A stretch of 60,453 nt of DNA, filler included, from Basidiobolus meristosporus CBS 931.73 (Eukaryota > Fungi > Basidiobolomycota): the NCBI GenBank assembly GCA_002104905.1. It is 3 parts of 3 records of this genome, joined end to end, with 100 filler letters (N's around TTAATTAATTAA, not from the genome) between each part and the next. Parts side by side here need not be neighbours in the genome. Positions count along the whole stretch, not along the records: positions 20,772 to 35,485 come from MCFE01001170.1; positions 35,586 to 60,453 come from MCFE01000939.1; 1 more part is not named here. One strand, 5' to 3'. The translations under genes were made by a program, and so were the position numbers. The notes beneath the pieces are model-generated. The model searched no databases. It had not been told where the DNA came from and saw nothing but the letters and a program-made list of their open reading frames with translations. Below are positions 24,313-36,008 of the stretch, piece after piece (the first letter of the stretch is position 1; each line of letters begins with the position of its first letter).

Positions 24313-25929
24313 TGCGATGGCTTTGAATTGCTCACATTTGTCAGGACCCCAACAACCCTTTTTTTTTGCAATCCAAATCAAGCCATTGCAAATCAGTGAT
24401 CATCAAATTTTTGATATAAGTAATATCAAGGTCATCTCACATTTGAGACAGAACCCCTATAAATAAACATCCTGCATATATATATGTCATCTGTAATACC
24501 AGTGCAGCTATTGGATCTGTTTTGCACCTACACAATTGCTTGCGTGCTAGCTATGACACCTTGTCCAATCACTAGGATCAGGGATTTACTTGCTCAATGG
24601 GCAAAATGGGATATTTGATGGCAAATCAGGTAGTGTTTTCAGTAGTCAATGAGCCAATTGGGGGCTGCCAGCTTCAGGATACTTTTGGACCAATTAACCA
24701 CTGAGATACCGTCCAATTGGAGTGAGGGTAACCAAAATGGTAAGTATCAGTGTAGTATATAGTGTGATACACATTTATTTCCACTTACATTAAAGAAACA
24801 TATCCAAATACCGGATTTTACCAGCCATTATAGCAGTATCCAATTGCGCACGTGATGCAAACATTACAAGTTGGCGCAATCATCCGTGCCAACCTCATTG
24901 TGTCAGATTGTGCCATAGTGTGCAAGATTGTCCCACAAAGTGCAAAATTGTCCAAGAACAATCCTGCCTTCTGGTAGCTATAATATTGCGCCTGATTGTT
25001 CTTTACAACCGCAGATTGCGCCGCGCACCCTGGCACGGTACAATGGAACAAGTCTATTGGCCTTTACCCAGCCAAAACCCAACCTACTCAAGTAAAATCT
25101 TCCCAATGAAAATTAGTTGATTATTGCATTCAACCAAATATTAGTAGCAGATACTCAGCAATATCTTGCCAATTCATGGGAACTTCTCTGTCATCCCAAA
25201 AGGAACATATAGCTTTAAATGCCCTGTATACCGCTAGGTCTTTAGTATAGGAATATCTTTGAAGCGCAGACTCACTGCTCATAGTGGGCAGCCTTTTCTC
25301 CAATAGAGTCCCTCTATCTTAAATATATCTGGTTTTGTAATAATTCCATATTCTGGCCAATAGCTTATAGCTTTCCAGCTTTGCTGCAAGCGCATGCTGA
25401 CTTCTTTGTGTTTTCTCCATGGGAAGGGGATATATTTAGTGTGTGTGTTTGGCTTAAATAATGTGTGTGAATTATGAAGTAAATCTTCTGGATCTCACAC
25501 ATTTACAGCAATACCTTCTATTGTGCCCAGAAAAGCCAGCTGGCTTGCTGATGGCTTGGCTATCACAAATATTGATAATAATATGTATATTGGTATGACA
25601 GCCATTTATTAATACATTACAGAATAGCATGCTAAACTCATCCAGTAATGAATACAGGTAGGTATCCAGGCTGTATAATGATTTGGGCCAGATATTTGTG
25701 AGAATACACTCACACTTTTGCTTTGATATGGTAAGATTAACAGCAGATTCTGGTTGATTAAAATCAGTGGCTAGCAGAAATTGCTAATACAGTACCTGCT
25801 TAATGAGAATCCATCAAGTACCAAGGCAAAAACATGGCTATCCACAACTTCAAAGTAGCCCTTGCTAATTAGTTATGTGCAATGCTTACCATCAAGTATA
25901 AAGTAAATTTAATTGTGCTTGATTGATAC

Positions 25930-26276
25930 TGTTTTGAAAGATTGCAGTTCCTCCCATTACTAGCCTAGCTTAGTTGCCAAGCTCATCACCTACAAATCAT
26001 CAAGAATACTGAACAAATTCCTTACTGGTATTTACTTGGAATATTCTCACCAATAAATCAGGTAGCCAGAACATGAGAATTCTCAATGTTGTCCAGATAG
26101 CCCCAGACATTGTACATATGTTTGTAGAGCCTTAATAAGTCTATTCTATGTGTATACTTTGACCGGACCATGTAAATTACATATATTACTATTGCATTCA
26201 ATAAATCATTCAGTGAAAACCACATAATCATCTTGTTTTCCAAATTACTTCCATAATCTCCAAGATTCTTACAACA
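25930..26276 (+). repeat. Copia-2 5' LTR (347 bp)
   Basis: Reverse complement of 50250-50595; followed by degenerate PBS GGTTGTAAACCTC. Confidence 0.85.
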
Positions 26277-27035
26277 GGTTGTAAACCTCAAGCTGTCACA
26301 CTCTACAATGGCTACTACTGCTATTACCGGTACTTTTCCCTCTGCTGAAAAGCTGGATGGATCTAATTACCAAGTGTGGAAGGTACACTCAGCTGCAAAG
26401 AGAGTGTATCTTGGGCAAAAATACTTTACACAAAAAATGCTGCCAGGAGCAAAAAAGAAAAATCTAATTTGAAGAATAGCCACACAGTTTGTTGAAATGA
26501 AATTTGTGGGCATACCAGCCTCTGATGAGGATGTGCTAGTTGCCCTCCTGGTTAGCCTGGCAAGCAGGCTTCAGGGACTTGTATCAGCCCTTTGGTCTGG
26601 AACTGAAGATTTGACCTTAAATTATTTATGTAGAAGGCTCCTGGATGAAGAGTTAAGGAAATCAAGCATCAATAGGAAGGAAGAACAAAAAGCTATAATA
26701 TGCAATGATACCCAACAAATGATATACCCAATATCATTTAAAGGCAATAGCACACTGTTTACCAACTGCTGCAAAAGGAAATGACACATCAGACCAATGC
26801 TTGAAAAAGAGAGATAGTCAGGAGAAAAAGCCTGAATACAGAAATGCTGCAACAACCAAAGATTGACTATTTATATCTGCACTAAATATGACCACAAACA
26901 AGGATTCACAGATGTGCTATATTAGCTCTGGAGCATTGCAACACCTTAGATACCCAAAAGAGCTTTTTACCCAATATCAAGAAATTTCAATTTAAAAGGT
27001 TAGCATGGGTGCCAATAAAACACTTGATGCTGTGG
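26277..27035 (+). pseudogene. Copia-2 gag-protease remnant, internally deleted
   Basis: ATG at 26308 MATTAITGTFPSAEKLDGSNYQVWK, RRLLDEELRK, decayed zinc knuckle and DSGA motifs. Confidence 0.8.
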
Positions 27036-28143
27036 CCCTATGAAAAGTAATATGGTCCTGTGGGTGGATACAATCCAGATCAGCCATCAGGATCCTGCTA
27101 AGAGACCTTCATAATATAAGCAGCTTGGAATCAGTGACCCTATTAACAATCATGTGACAGGATCACAATAGTGTTTTGCTAATATTGCTACCAGATAATG
27201 TGATAAAGCTTTACAAGATTTGATTGGTGATGTGACATTGATTGCATGTTATTGTTGTGGTCTTATTGCGCTCTACAACTATCTTGAATGCATCCAACTG
27301 GCCAGGACATCTTATTGACTTATATGGCAAGAAACTTGATGGTATTTCAGCAGCCTAATGGCACAAATCTGATGGTATTATATTAGCAGTATGGCAGCCT
27401 CCAGCTGTTTCTGTATAATGCTACTGTACCAATTTACCAAATGGTATTTCCTTTTTTACCTCCCCTTGTGCAATTCATATATTCCACTGTAGAATCACCC
27501 CTCTTTATTTGCTTACCCACTACCACCTTGGGTATTCTACAAATAGTTTGAATAAAAAAAATTATGGCCTCCTGCTTACTAACCTCTACAAACATGCACA
27601 CCTGCTGCAATTGACATGCTTTTATCAACTCAACTTTGCAGCTTTTTAGTGTGATACTTGCAAAGTTGCCATATACCTTGTACTGCTGGTAACACATACA
27701 TATTGCAAACATATGCTTGGTTGCTGCCACTTCTGCCATGAATACCTCTTGAATATTGGCAAAGAACTTCTCACTATTTAGCCAATATATTCCTTCTCTC
27801 TGCTAGATTCTAGTCTCCCTTATAGGTGCACTCTGGCTCTTGTTTGAGTGAGTTCTATATCAAATGGTGTAGAAGTTGGACTGGAACCAAGAGAAATCTG
27901 GCATACCTTAGTGGAGTTTTCCTAATAAAAAATTAGTGGCTTGTTGCACCCAACCCAACTTTGCATTACTTAACTGATTACTCATGCATTGGGCCTGCTT
28001 AGCTTCTTAATGCCATAGGCATAGGTGTCTCCATGTGCACATCTGTCCTCAGTATTTTCCAACTCTACCTGGTTGTCCTCCATGTGCTCACTCATCACAT
28101 CCATGACAGACTTGAAGGTAATATTCTTGATGAGATTGGGATA
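27036..28143 (-). mobile_element. CACTA terminus plus transposase C-terminal region
   Basis: Starts CCCTATGAAAAGTAAT; colinear with 44688-45795 apart from indels; cut at 28143 by another CACTA terminus. Confidence 0.85.
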
Positions 28144-28473
28144 CCCTATGAAAAATTATTGAGATGATTCTGTCAAAAGGCCATCACAAAGTTAATGTCC
28201 CATGACTAACAGGTACTGATCTTGTCAGGACACCATCCAGAGACCGTTGAAAAATAATTGCACCCCAGATTTCACCAAAAACTTTGTCAAAATTTTTTAT
28301 CACAATAATGTATAAGTGGCTTTGATTGGTTCCCTGCCAATTAGCTCACTTTCTGATCCTGGACACTCTATTGCCTCCTATGTTTGTGTGAATTGATTGG
28401 TTATTGCCTCTTTTTCACACTCCTTACTTCCTGACTCAACCGTTTCTCTTACTTTTCATGTGTACAAATTGAT

Positions 28474-30528
28474 TTATTTCCATTGAAACTTCAGTTGTAC
28501 CTCAATTGCCAATTGTATTGACCTATACAAGTCTCTATACCCTACACTAACATTAAGCCCAACCCCACACTCAACAAGTAACTCCATTGAAATTCATCAT
28601 TCAATAAGTATTTCTGCTGTAAAGCTCTGGTTCCACAACTTTGGCGGGAACCCAATGGCTTTATGCCACTGTTCATTCACTGATTACCACATGTCCTGGT
28701 CTTCTGCCAGCACTGCAAGGTCTAGCTCCTCATCTGCCAGTCTTTGTAATAAGTCCTTGCAATATTCCAGTGCATTTTCTTGAGCACTGCTCTTGAAGAA
28801 GTACTGCAACCCCCCGGTGTGCCTATTAATGTTCCAAAACTCCACTGAAGGCATTGTGATAGTCTTTTGAGCTCTTGACATTGTAGCCTTGTCTGTTGGG
28901 GGAGCTCCACTCTGTCAACAATGCAGGCTGTGGTAGATAAATTGCCTTTTTCAGCAAACTCATTTACCTTGCTGGAGTGTAGCTCAACTGGATGTGCTTC
29001 CAATTCTTGTAAAAACAGCTGTTTTCTTGTTGGTAATTCTTCTTGGCTATGATGGGATTCAGTCTGTTCCTGGCTTATGGCATTGATTGGCAAGAACTGC
29101 AGTTTTTTTTCATGCCTCCTTGTCTCAGGCTTGGGTAGACATTTTTCCCTTTAACTTTTCCTTCATTACTGCCAGGTCTTTCACTGCTACTTTGTCTGAG
29201 TGCTTCTTGTAAAGAACTACACTTTCTCCTGGATAAAACCTCTCTGACACATCTGTTTTGGTCTGCTTGTTCCTTGCTGGCACTCTTCTGGCAACCTGAT
29301 GTTTCTTTCAGCTTGTTTTGAGCTCTCAACCTTAGTTGTGACAGGCTCCTGTAAAAGTGGCTGGTTTCTATCACTGCCAGGTCCTTCACTGCTAATTTGA
29401 CTGGGTGCTTCTTGAGTGGTACTACACTTCTCCTTGATAAATGTTGTGCTGGTGCATCCATGTCTACCTGCTTGTCCTTAATTGGCACTCTTCCAGCTGC
29501 TTGACGTCTCTTTGATGCTTGTCTGGAGCTTTTGGCCCTGCTTGCAACAGGCTCTTGAGGAAGCCACTGGTTTTTAGCCATGGCACCCTTGTTCTTCTGC
29601 CTTTGATAGTTTCTGCTATTCTTATGATACTCTCTTAGCATACCAATGCTGGCCCAAAATCTGTTTGCCCATTTGAATCCAGGATAATGCTCATGGAACA
29701 AGTCAAGTGCACTCTGCTTGGCCTTGAGTTCCCAATGGTCCCATGGTATGCTGGCCTTAAGGTGATGGCATGCTAGACTTCTGACAGCCTCTTGTATATT
29801 AGCCCACTCTTCACTATTGCATTCAACAGCTTCATGGATCTTCAATGTCTTTTGATTTTTAGGTTTTGATATAAACACCACATTGTCTCACTCCCATGCT
29901 GTGATAGGTTTTCTGTGGGCTTTATTTTTGGGCACTGTTGTTGTGCATCAAAGACTGTATGGTGTTCCTCTGCTGTTACATCAGGAAATGGCTCAATTCT
30001 TGGCTGTGACATTGAGCTACTTGAGTTCCTTCTTTGCAGCAAAGATACTGCTTTCTCTACCTGGGATGTTGATTGCTCTACACATATTATCCGCTCATCC
30101 TGTTTCTGCACTACTTCCTGATTTCTCTGGGCCATTGCATCTATTCTATCAGCCACTGCACCTAATTGCTACATTAATGCTTTGGTATGAGCTGACAACA
30201 TACTTGCTATTATGGGTGATGGCGATGTCATAGCAGCCACTTGCTGATCTTCGACTGAGGGTACTGCATTGGCTAAATTCTCATCTGCCTGAGCATAACA
30301 GTCAGCTTGTGGCTTCGCAGAGGCTCTCAATTACCTACTTGACTAGGAGCCTGTGGAGTCCGCATTATTACCTTCAATGGGCACACTGTCCACAGGGCCT
30401 TTTTTGGATGTAGCCCTGCTTGTTGCACTGAATGTCAAAGCAAGCTGTTGTCCAATTGTTCTTCTGTTGCCATCAGTGGTGGGTTTTGGTTGAGAACCAG
30501 ACAACTTTGCTTTATTTTTTGGCAGCAT
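28474..30528 (-). pseudogene. CACTA accessory ORF-X (~680 codons, unknown function)
   Basis: ATG 30528 is in frame with ORF 29842-30156 through three C-to-T stops; continues via frameshifts through ORFs 29075-29881, 28722-29093 and 28684-28881. Confidence 0.7.
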
Positions 30529-30749
30529 ATATATGGAAGTGAGTCACACCAAAGGGGAAATAGTGTTACATATACATGTGTATGTGGTGGCACAACTTTA
30601 TTTATAATGCTTACTATGGCAGGTCATTATTGAATCTTACATTCATGTTGGTGCAATGTCTCAAATACAAGACTGTCTCAAGTTCACATGAGTATTGACC
30701 AAAAAGTGATAAATAGCATTACATTGTTGAAGGTCAAGCTGTTTGCCCC

Positions 30750-31593
30750 ATGGACAAGATTACCTTGACTCAATGCCGTAAGAGAAGAGAAAAAAGACCA
30801 TGTGGCTATTGTGGCAAGCCTTTCAGCCATGAAGCACGCAGACAGCATAGGAAGTATTACAAGGATCACGGCCAGTGTTTTGCCACCCAAGTCATATTTG
30901 ACCATTCATTGGTCACTACTGTACCAACATTATCTTGCTGGCCTGTTGACACTTCTATATTGGCACCTGGCTGTCTTTGTCACCTTGCGCAAACTGAGTC
31001 AGGTGAGTTTGTGATGCCTTTAGGCTCACCTCAGTCTTCTGAATATGGCATGCAGAGTGATAGCTCTGATGAAGAAGGCTCACTGATGATTTTGAGCCTA
31101 TCTCCCCTAACAACAGTACCACTTATGAGCCCGGTCAAATCCCTATATGCAATGAGACAACACCTGTTGAAACAAATACCAAGGATACTTTATGGAGCCA
31201 AGCAAGCCCAATAATCCATCTACGGTGAATGATGTAATGTTGTGGCTTGAGAAGTGGTGCATTTCCACTAATATCAGTAATAGGGGCTTTGAGGATTTAT
31301 TACTACTTCTTGCCAAAATCATACTGGGATGCAACTTACCATGTACATGGTACAAGTGGACAACTGTCATGCAGCTGGCAAAATATGATCCAGAGACTGT
31401 CCTGATTCCAGCATGTGTTAACAGTTGCATGGCATTCACATCCAAAAATGCCACCATTGCAATGTGTCAAAATTGTCAGAAATCCACCACCATTGAGAGA
31501 AAACATTGTTCACACTCTGGATATATTCTGGTCATACCCTGTCTGAGGAAGCTGATGCAGTCCAACAAAGATTGCAAAGCTATACAGTACCGC
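30750..31593 (+). pseudogene. CACTA transposase N-terminal part
   Basis: N-terminal CGYC...H motif, acidic SDSSDEE, ISNRGFEDLL, ACVNSCMAF...CQNC, typical of the region upstream of Transposase_21. Confidence 0.75.
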
Positions 31594-32664
31594 TGTAGTG
31601 GGGTGACAGTGACACCCACTGACAGATGTGCTCATTCCCTTATTTTCTACTTCCCTATATCTCTACTACACTTATTTTAGTTTTATCCCATTTGTCTTAC
31701 CCAATCAGTACTATCCCATAAGCCGGTTGACTATCACACCTGCTTACCTTATTGCATAAGTTACCCCTCACTTTATGTAAGATTACTAGCTATAAGTACT
31801 TCTAAATTAGGCAAGTACCCGCGCCAGTACCCATGACACATGATCAGCCCATGTCACCATCCCTACCATTTCCATACCATATATGGTATCCCCATGTTAC
31901 ACAGGTTTCAGAGTACTGATTCCTGATTGGTTGGATGTGCTGTGCCTCTTAGAACCTTCCGGCACCTACTTAGAACATTCTTAGGTCATTCTGATGTCAT
32001 TAAGATTTCTATTGATATCCGGAACCTTCTGGAACACCATGATTAGTAATCACTTAGCCAGTAAGAAAAGTATATAAGGGAGGCTATCCCTCAACAATAA
32101 ATCATCATCCCTTTTATCAATATACCGACTTGTTGATTAGTGTGATCACTGCTACCTGCTGCTACCTGAACTTCCAACCCTAGACCACAGGACACTCCCA
32201 GGAAACTGCGCTGACAGCCAACTGACCTTGGAGGCACTACTTGTGAGGAATACTCAGAGTAGGTATCTTTTATTATATTTGATTCTTTCCCAAGTTTGTT
32301 CTTGTACAGGCAAAGATACTTTTCTGTCTTTGTAACTATTGACCAAAGCTGCATTCTTATCAAGTCCCTGCTGGCGGAGTTTACAGTTGTTTTGACTTTG
32401 GAAGCTTTAGTACATTGTCATCTCAAAGGACGCTGAACCCAGCACATACTTTTGTTAAGACACCAACCAAGTTGGGGATTGTAGCTCAATAGTTTTCCCT
32501 TGACAAGCTTGTGGCTTTATTCCCCTTCACATTAGATTAGAGACAGAACCCAAGTATTCCTAGCAAGCTTTTGCCAGAGGTTATTGCACCCAGTGAACAC
32601 CCCACACACAAAACACTTGAGAAGTGTTGGACGTATCTCTCCCTTGGACTTATACACCACCACA
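31594..32664 (+). repeat. Gypsy 5' LTR (1071 bp)
   Basis: TGTAGTGGGG...CACCACCACA; matches the solo LTR 46223-47306 in reverse complement; TATATAAG at ~32071. Confidence 0.9.
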
Positions 32665-32668
32665 TATT

Positions 32669-32686
32669 TGGCACCCAACGTGGGGG
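32669..32686 (+). promoter_or_regulatory. PBS TGGCACCCAACGTGGGG, tRNA-Lys(CUU)-type
   Basis: One CpG-type mismatch to the known Lys1,2 PBS TGGCGCCCAACGTGGGG; 4 nt (TATT) downstream of the LTR. Confidence 0.8.
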
Positions 32687-32805
32687 GTTCATACAAGCTC
32701 CCTAGGACCCAACAAGATTTACCTGAAGATTTGAGCTGTTATCCACCTATTGAAAAGAGACTACCGATATTACCAAGATTACAACACCAACATACCTGCC
32801 CAAAA

Positions 32806-35485
32806 ATGAACTCTATGCCATTACCACTCTCACATGGAGCCCCACAGTTTGATGGAAAGAATGTGGAGAGCTTCATATTCAAATGGGAGAAGCTCTGCAA
32901 GATGTGCAGCCTATCTGAACAAGAAATGGCTGAAGACTTCCCCTACTACTGCACCAATGATATTACCACTAAGCTTCTCAGACAAGGAGACATTCTCACT
33001 GACTGGGCCTTAATGAAGACCTACCTACAGACCAAGTATGGTAGACCCCAGATATACTATGGAATTGAAGACCTCAGGCACTTTGGAAGAACTGGACTTT
33101 CCAAGCTACCACTTGAAGAGTTCATTCAACAGTATGAAGATATGGCCAAGCCACTCCTAGAGTCCCAGGCTATAACTGAGTTTACCATGACACTTTACCT
33201 TGCACAAGGGCTTCCCCAGGACTTGGCAAGGAAAGTTGACTTACATGCAGCCAAGGATGACAAGTCTGGCATTCCTTGCTTTGCAGAGAAGAAACGTGTT
33301 CTCCTAGAGGCAAAGCATACTTCTACCTTTATGAGACTCCTGACATCTAATCTGCCAGACCAGTCAACCAAGGAGCCAAGGAGTGCTGCTGCTGACAATC
33401 AGACCTACACTACCGACAGAATTGACCAACTTGCTGAACAGCTACAAAAGCTAGCCCTCAAGATTAATGGCTCAGCTGAGGTTGCTACTGAGGGACAAAG
33501 ACCTTTGCCCAGGCACTGCATCTGGTGTGACTCTACTCAGCATGCCAGACGAGAATGCTCAGAGCTTAGCCAGCTACTCAGAGAAGGAGCAGTGCAGTTT
33601 GATGCTGATGGAATGCTTGCTGACAAGGAAGGAAGAAGGATTCCCACTAATTTCCAAAGAGGAGGGATGCGAGCCCTTTTCCAGAAATCTGACTCAGCAA
33701 CCAGAAAGATTACTGTTGATGCCCCTATTGGGACTCATAAAGTGAATCCAAGCAGCCCTGACAACAGACAATATGAAGTTGATGCCTTTGCTACCAAAAG
33801 ACACCTCCCTGAAGAACCTGCCAAACCCATCCTTAGAAGACCACAATTTGAAGAACCTGAAGTTGTTATTGACAAGAGGCCTAGTATGCTGCCCAGCCAA
33901 GATCCATTGCCTCACTTTGAGATGACCTCAAAGATAGCAAGCTACTCAAGCCCTCAACTGATTACTGAGAAGCTGCTGAAGCAGAACCTCACTTTGTCGG
34001 TTGGAGAAATCATGAGTGTATCCCCATCTGTTAGGAAGACCTTTGATGAGCAGCTTAGAACAAGACGACAAGCTGTTGAACATATGGAAACTCATATAAT
34101 TCAGACAAACCATGAAGACCACCAAAAGGATGACAACACTACTGAATATAAGACCTTTTACTCAGTTGCAACTGCTGTGGTGAAAGGGTATATATATGAT
34201 GACCCTGTTGACTGCCATATTGACAGTGGCTCAGAGATTTGTGTTATGCCGCTAGACTTCTGGAAGACACTTAGAAGCAAGGAGCTACTGCCTGTTGATA
34301 GAGATATTGGATGGAACATGACTGATGCAAACTCAGGATCTAGTCCACTCTACGGTGTAGTGCACAAGTTCCCTATTGAGGTACAAGGAATCAAGGTCTG
34401 GCCTCCCCTCTTCATCTGCCAGAAGGCAAACTTTGACCTTCTGCTAGGTAGACCATGGGAAACCAGTACTAAGGCTACAACTACCAACTATTCCAGTGGG
34501 TCAGTATGGTACACCATACAAGGATCCAATCCAGGACTGCAGTCAACCTTCTGTGGTGTAACACCCAACAATAAGAGGACACATACTGCTTGCCAGAAGG
34601 CACATCTTGTTATGGAAGAAGATGAAGAGCCTGACAATATACACCCCAACATTTGGAGCTGCTCATTAGGTATACAGGAGCAAACAGCTATGGTTTGAAC
34701 AAAATACAAGACAGTAGAACAGAAGATTAGACCATCACTTACCCCACTGACTGATGGATCTTGACCTGCTGATTACATTAGACCACCAGAAGAAACATCA
34801 GATAATATACGACTTACACCTGAGAGACTTAAGCAACTTATCATTGGTGATGGAAACCTAACACCAGAGGAGATACTATTATTCAAGGAGACCTTGAAAA
34901 GGCATGATAAGGTCTTCTCATATAATGACAAGGAGATGGGACTCTTAAAGACATCGGTTGAAAAACCTATCCAGATTCATACAGTGCCCCACACACCCTG
35001 GTCATTTAAGCCTTACCCACTGCCCAGAGGACTCCAAGCTGATGTGCATGACCTACTTAAGAAGAAGATAGAAGCTGGTATCCTAGAACCTTGCCATGGA
35101 CCCTATGCTAACAGATGGTTTGTGACCAAAAAGAAGAATGGAAAGCTCCGATTCATTCAAGACATGCAACCTGCAAATGCTGTCACTATCAGAGATGCTG
35201 CTATACCTCCATCTATTGATGACTTTGCAGAAAGCTTTAGTGGCCACTCCATCTACTCAACATATGATCTCTACTCAGGATATGACCAGATTCCCCTTGA
35301 TGAGACATCAAGAGATATGTTTGCACTACAGACACCATTTGGACTGTTAAGGATGACAAGACTCAGTCAAGGGGCTACAAACTCCGTGGCTCAGTTCCAG
35401 AGATGCATGGTAAATGTGCTGTATCAGTTTATACCTGAGAAACTTGCTGTCTTTGTTGATGACATAGGCATCAAAGGACCAAAAA
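32806..35485 (+). pseudogene. Gypsy gag-protease-RT polyprotein; single frame with two TGA stops
   Basis: APQFDGKNV, CIWCDSTQHARREC (CCHC), HIDSGSEI, DLLLGRPW, DLYSGYDQ, FVDDIGIKGP; stops at 34696 and 34762. Confidence 0.93.
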
Positions 35486-35585
35486 NNNNNNNNNNNNNNN
35501 NNNNNNNNNNNNNNNNNNNNNNNNNNNNNTTAATTAATTAANNNNNNNNNNNNNNNNNNNNNNNNNNNNNNNNNNNNNNNNNNNN
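35486..35585. other. Assembly gap with TTAATTAATTAA linker
   Basis: 100 bp of N with the linker at 35530-35541. Confidence 0.97.
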
Positions 35586-35953
35586 ACAATTGTGACGAGT
35601 TTATCAGGCCTCCAGCCTCGATAGAACTACGGAACCAGCAGTCATTCAAGCGACGAAGAGTTTCAATACAGTTACTAGTGTTATCCTAAGAAAAGACAAA
35701 AGACATTTTGTTGGTATCATTGCATTTGGTATAGATGTTGATGTACGGCCCTCCTCTCCCATCGACCTTGTAGTTCCATGAAGAGTTTGAATCCAATTAC
35801 TGAGCATGATTGAGCATCAAAGGGAGTTTCGATCAAGTGAATGAATCCATGCAGATCCTCAAATCTGGACTTCGTGCAATCAATAGAAACAGATCTTAGG
35901 GCTCATTGATGGACCACTGGTTAGATTCAGGTTTCAAATGCAAAAAAAGGATG

Positions 35954-36008
35954 ATTTGAGTGGAATGTTTCATGTGTATATTTTGAGTGGAATGTTTCAT
36001 GTGTATAT
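35954..36008 (+). repeat. Short tandem duplication (2 x ~27 bp)
   Basis: tttgagtggaatgtttcatgtgtata occurs twice in tandem. Confidence 0.85.

Larger units (their letters stand above)
21652..25055. mobile_element. Full-length PHIS-superfamily DNA transposon H2 (3404 bp)
   Basis: Perfect 15-bp TIR AGACTTGTTCCATTG (21652-21666, 25041-25055), ATT on both sides, two divergent ORFs, quasi-palindromic atagtgcca/tggcactat subterminal block at 21669-21730. Confidence 0.92.
21594..25929 (-). mobile_element. Diverged CACTA transposase copy (pieces 21594-21651 and 25056-25929) split by PHIS element H2
   Basis: Flanks match 45472-45600; 25141-25929 matches 47307-48000 (HVFALVLDGFSL). Confidence 0.75.
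28144..31593. mobile_element. CACTA/EnSpm element: terminus, ORF-X (-), short intergenic region, transposase 5' part (+); interrupted by Gypsy
   Basis: Terminus CCCTATGAAAAATTATTGAG at 28144; two divergent reading frames. Confidence 0.85.
31594..35485 (+). mobile_element. Ty3/Gypsy LTR retrotransposon, 5' part (runs into gap)
   Basis: LTR 31594-32664, PBS 32669-32686, gag-PR-RT in one frame. Confidence 0.95.

Noticed and set aside
32091-32363. ORFs within LTRs (also 44198-44569, 46404-46646, 50178-50492, 26058-26291)
   Set aside because: Lie in LTR sequence and are not conserved as open frames between copies.
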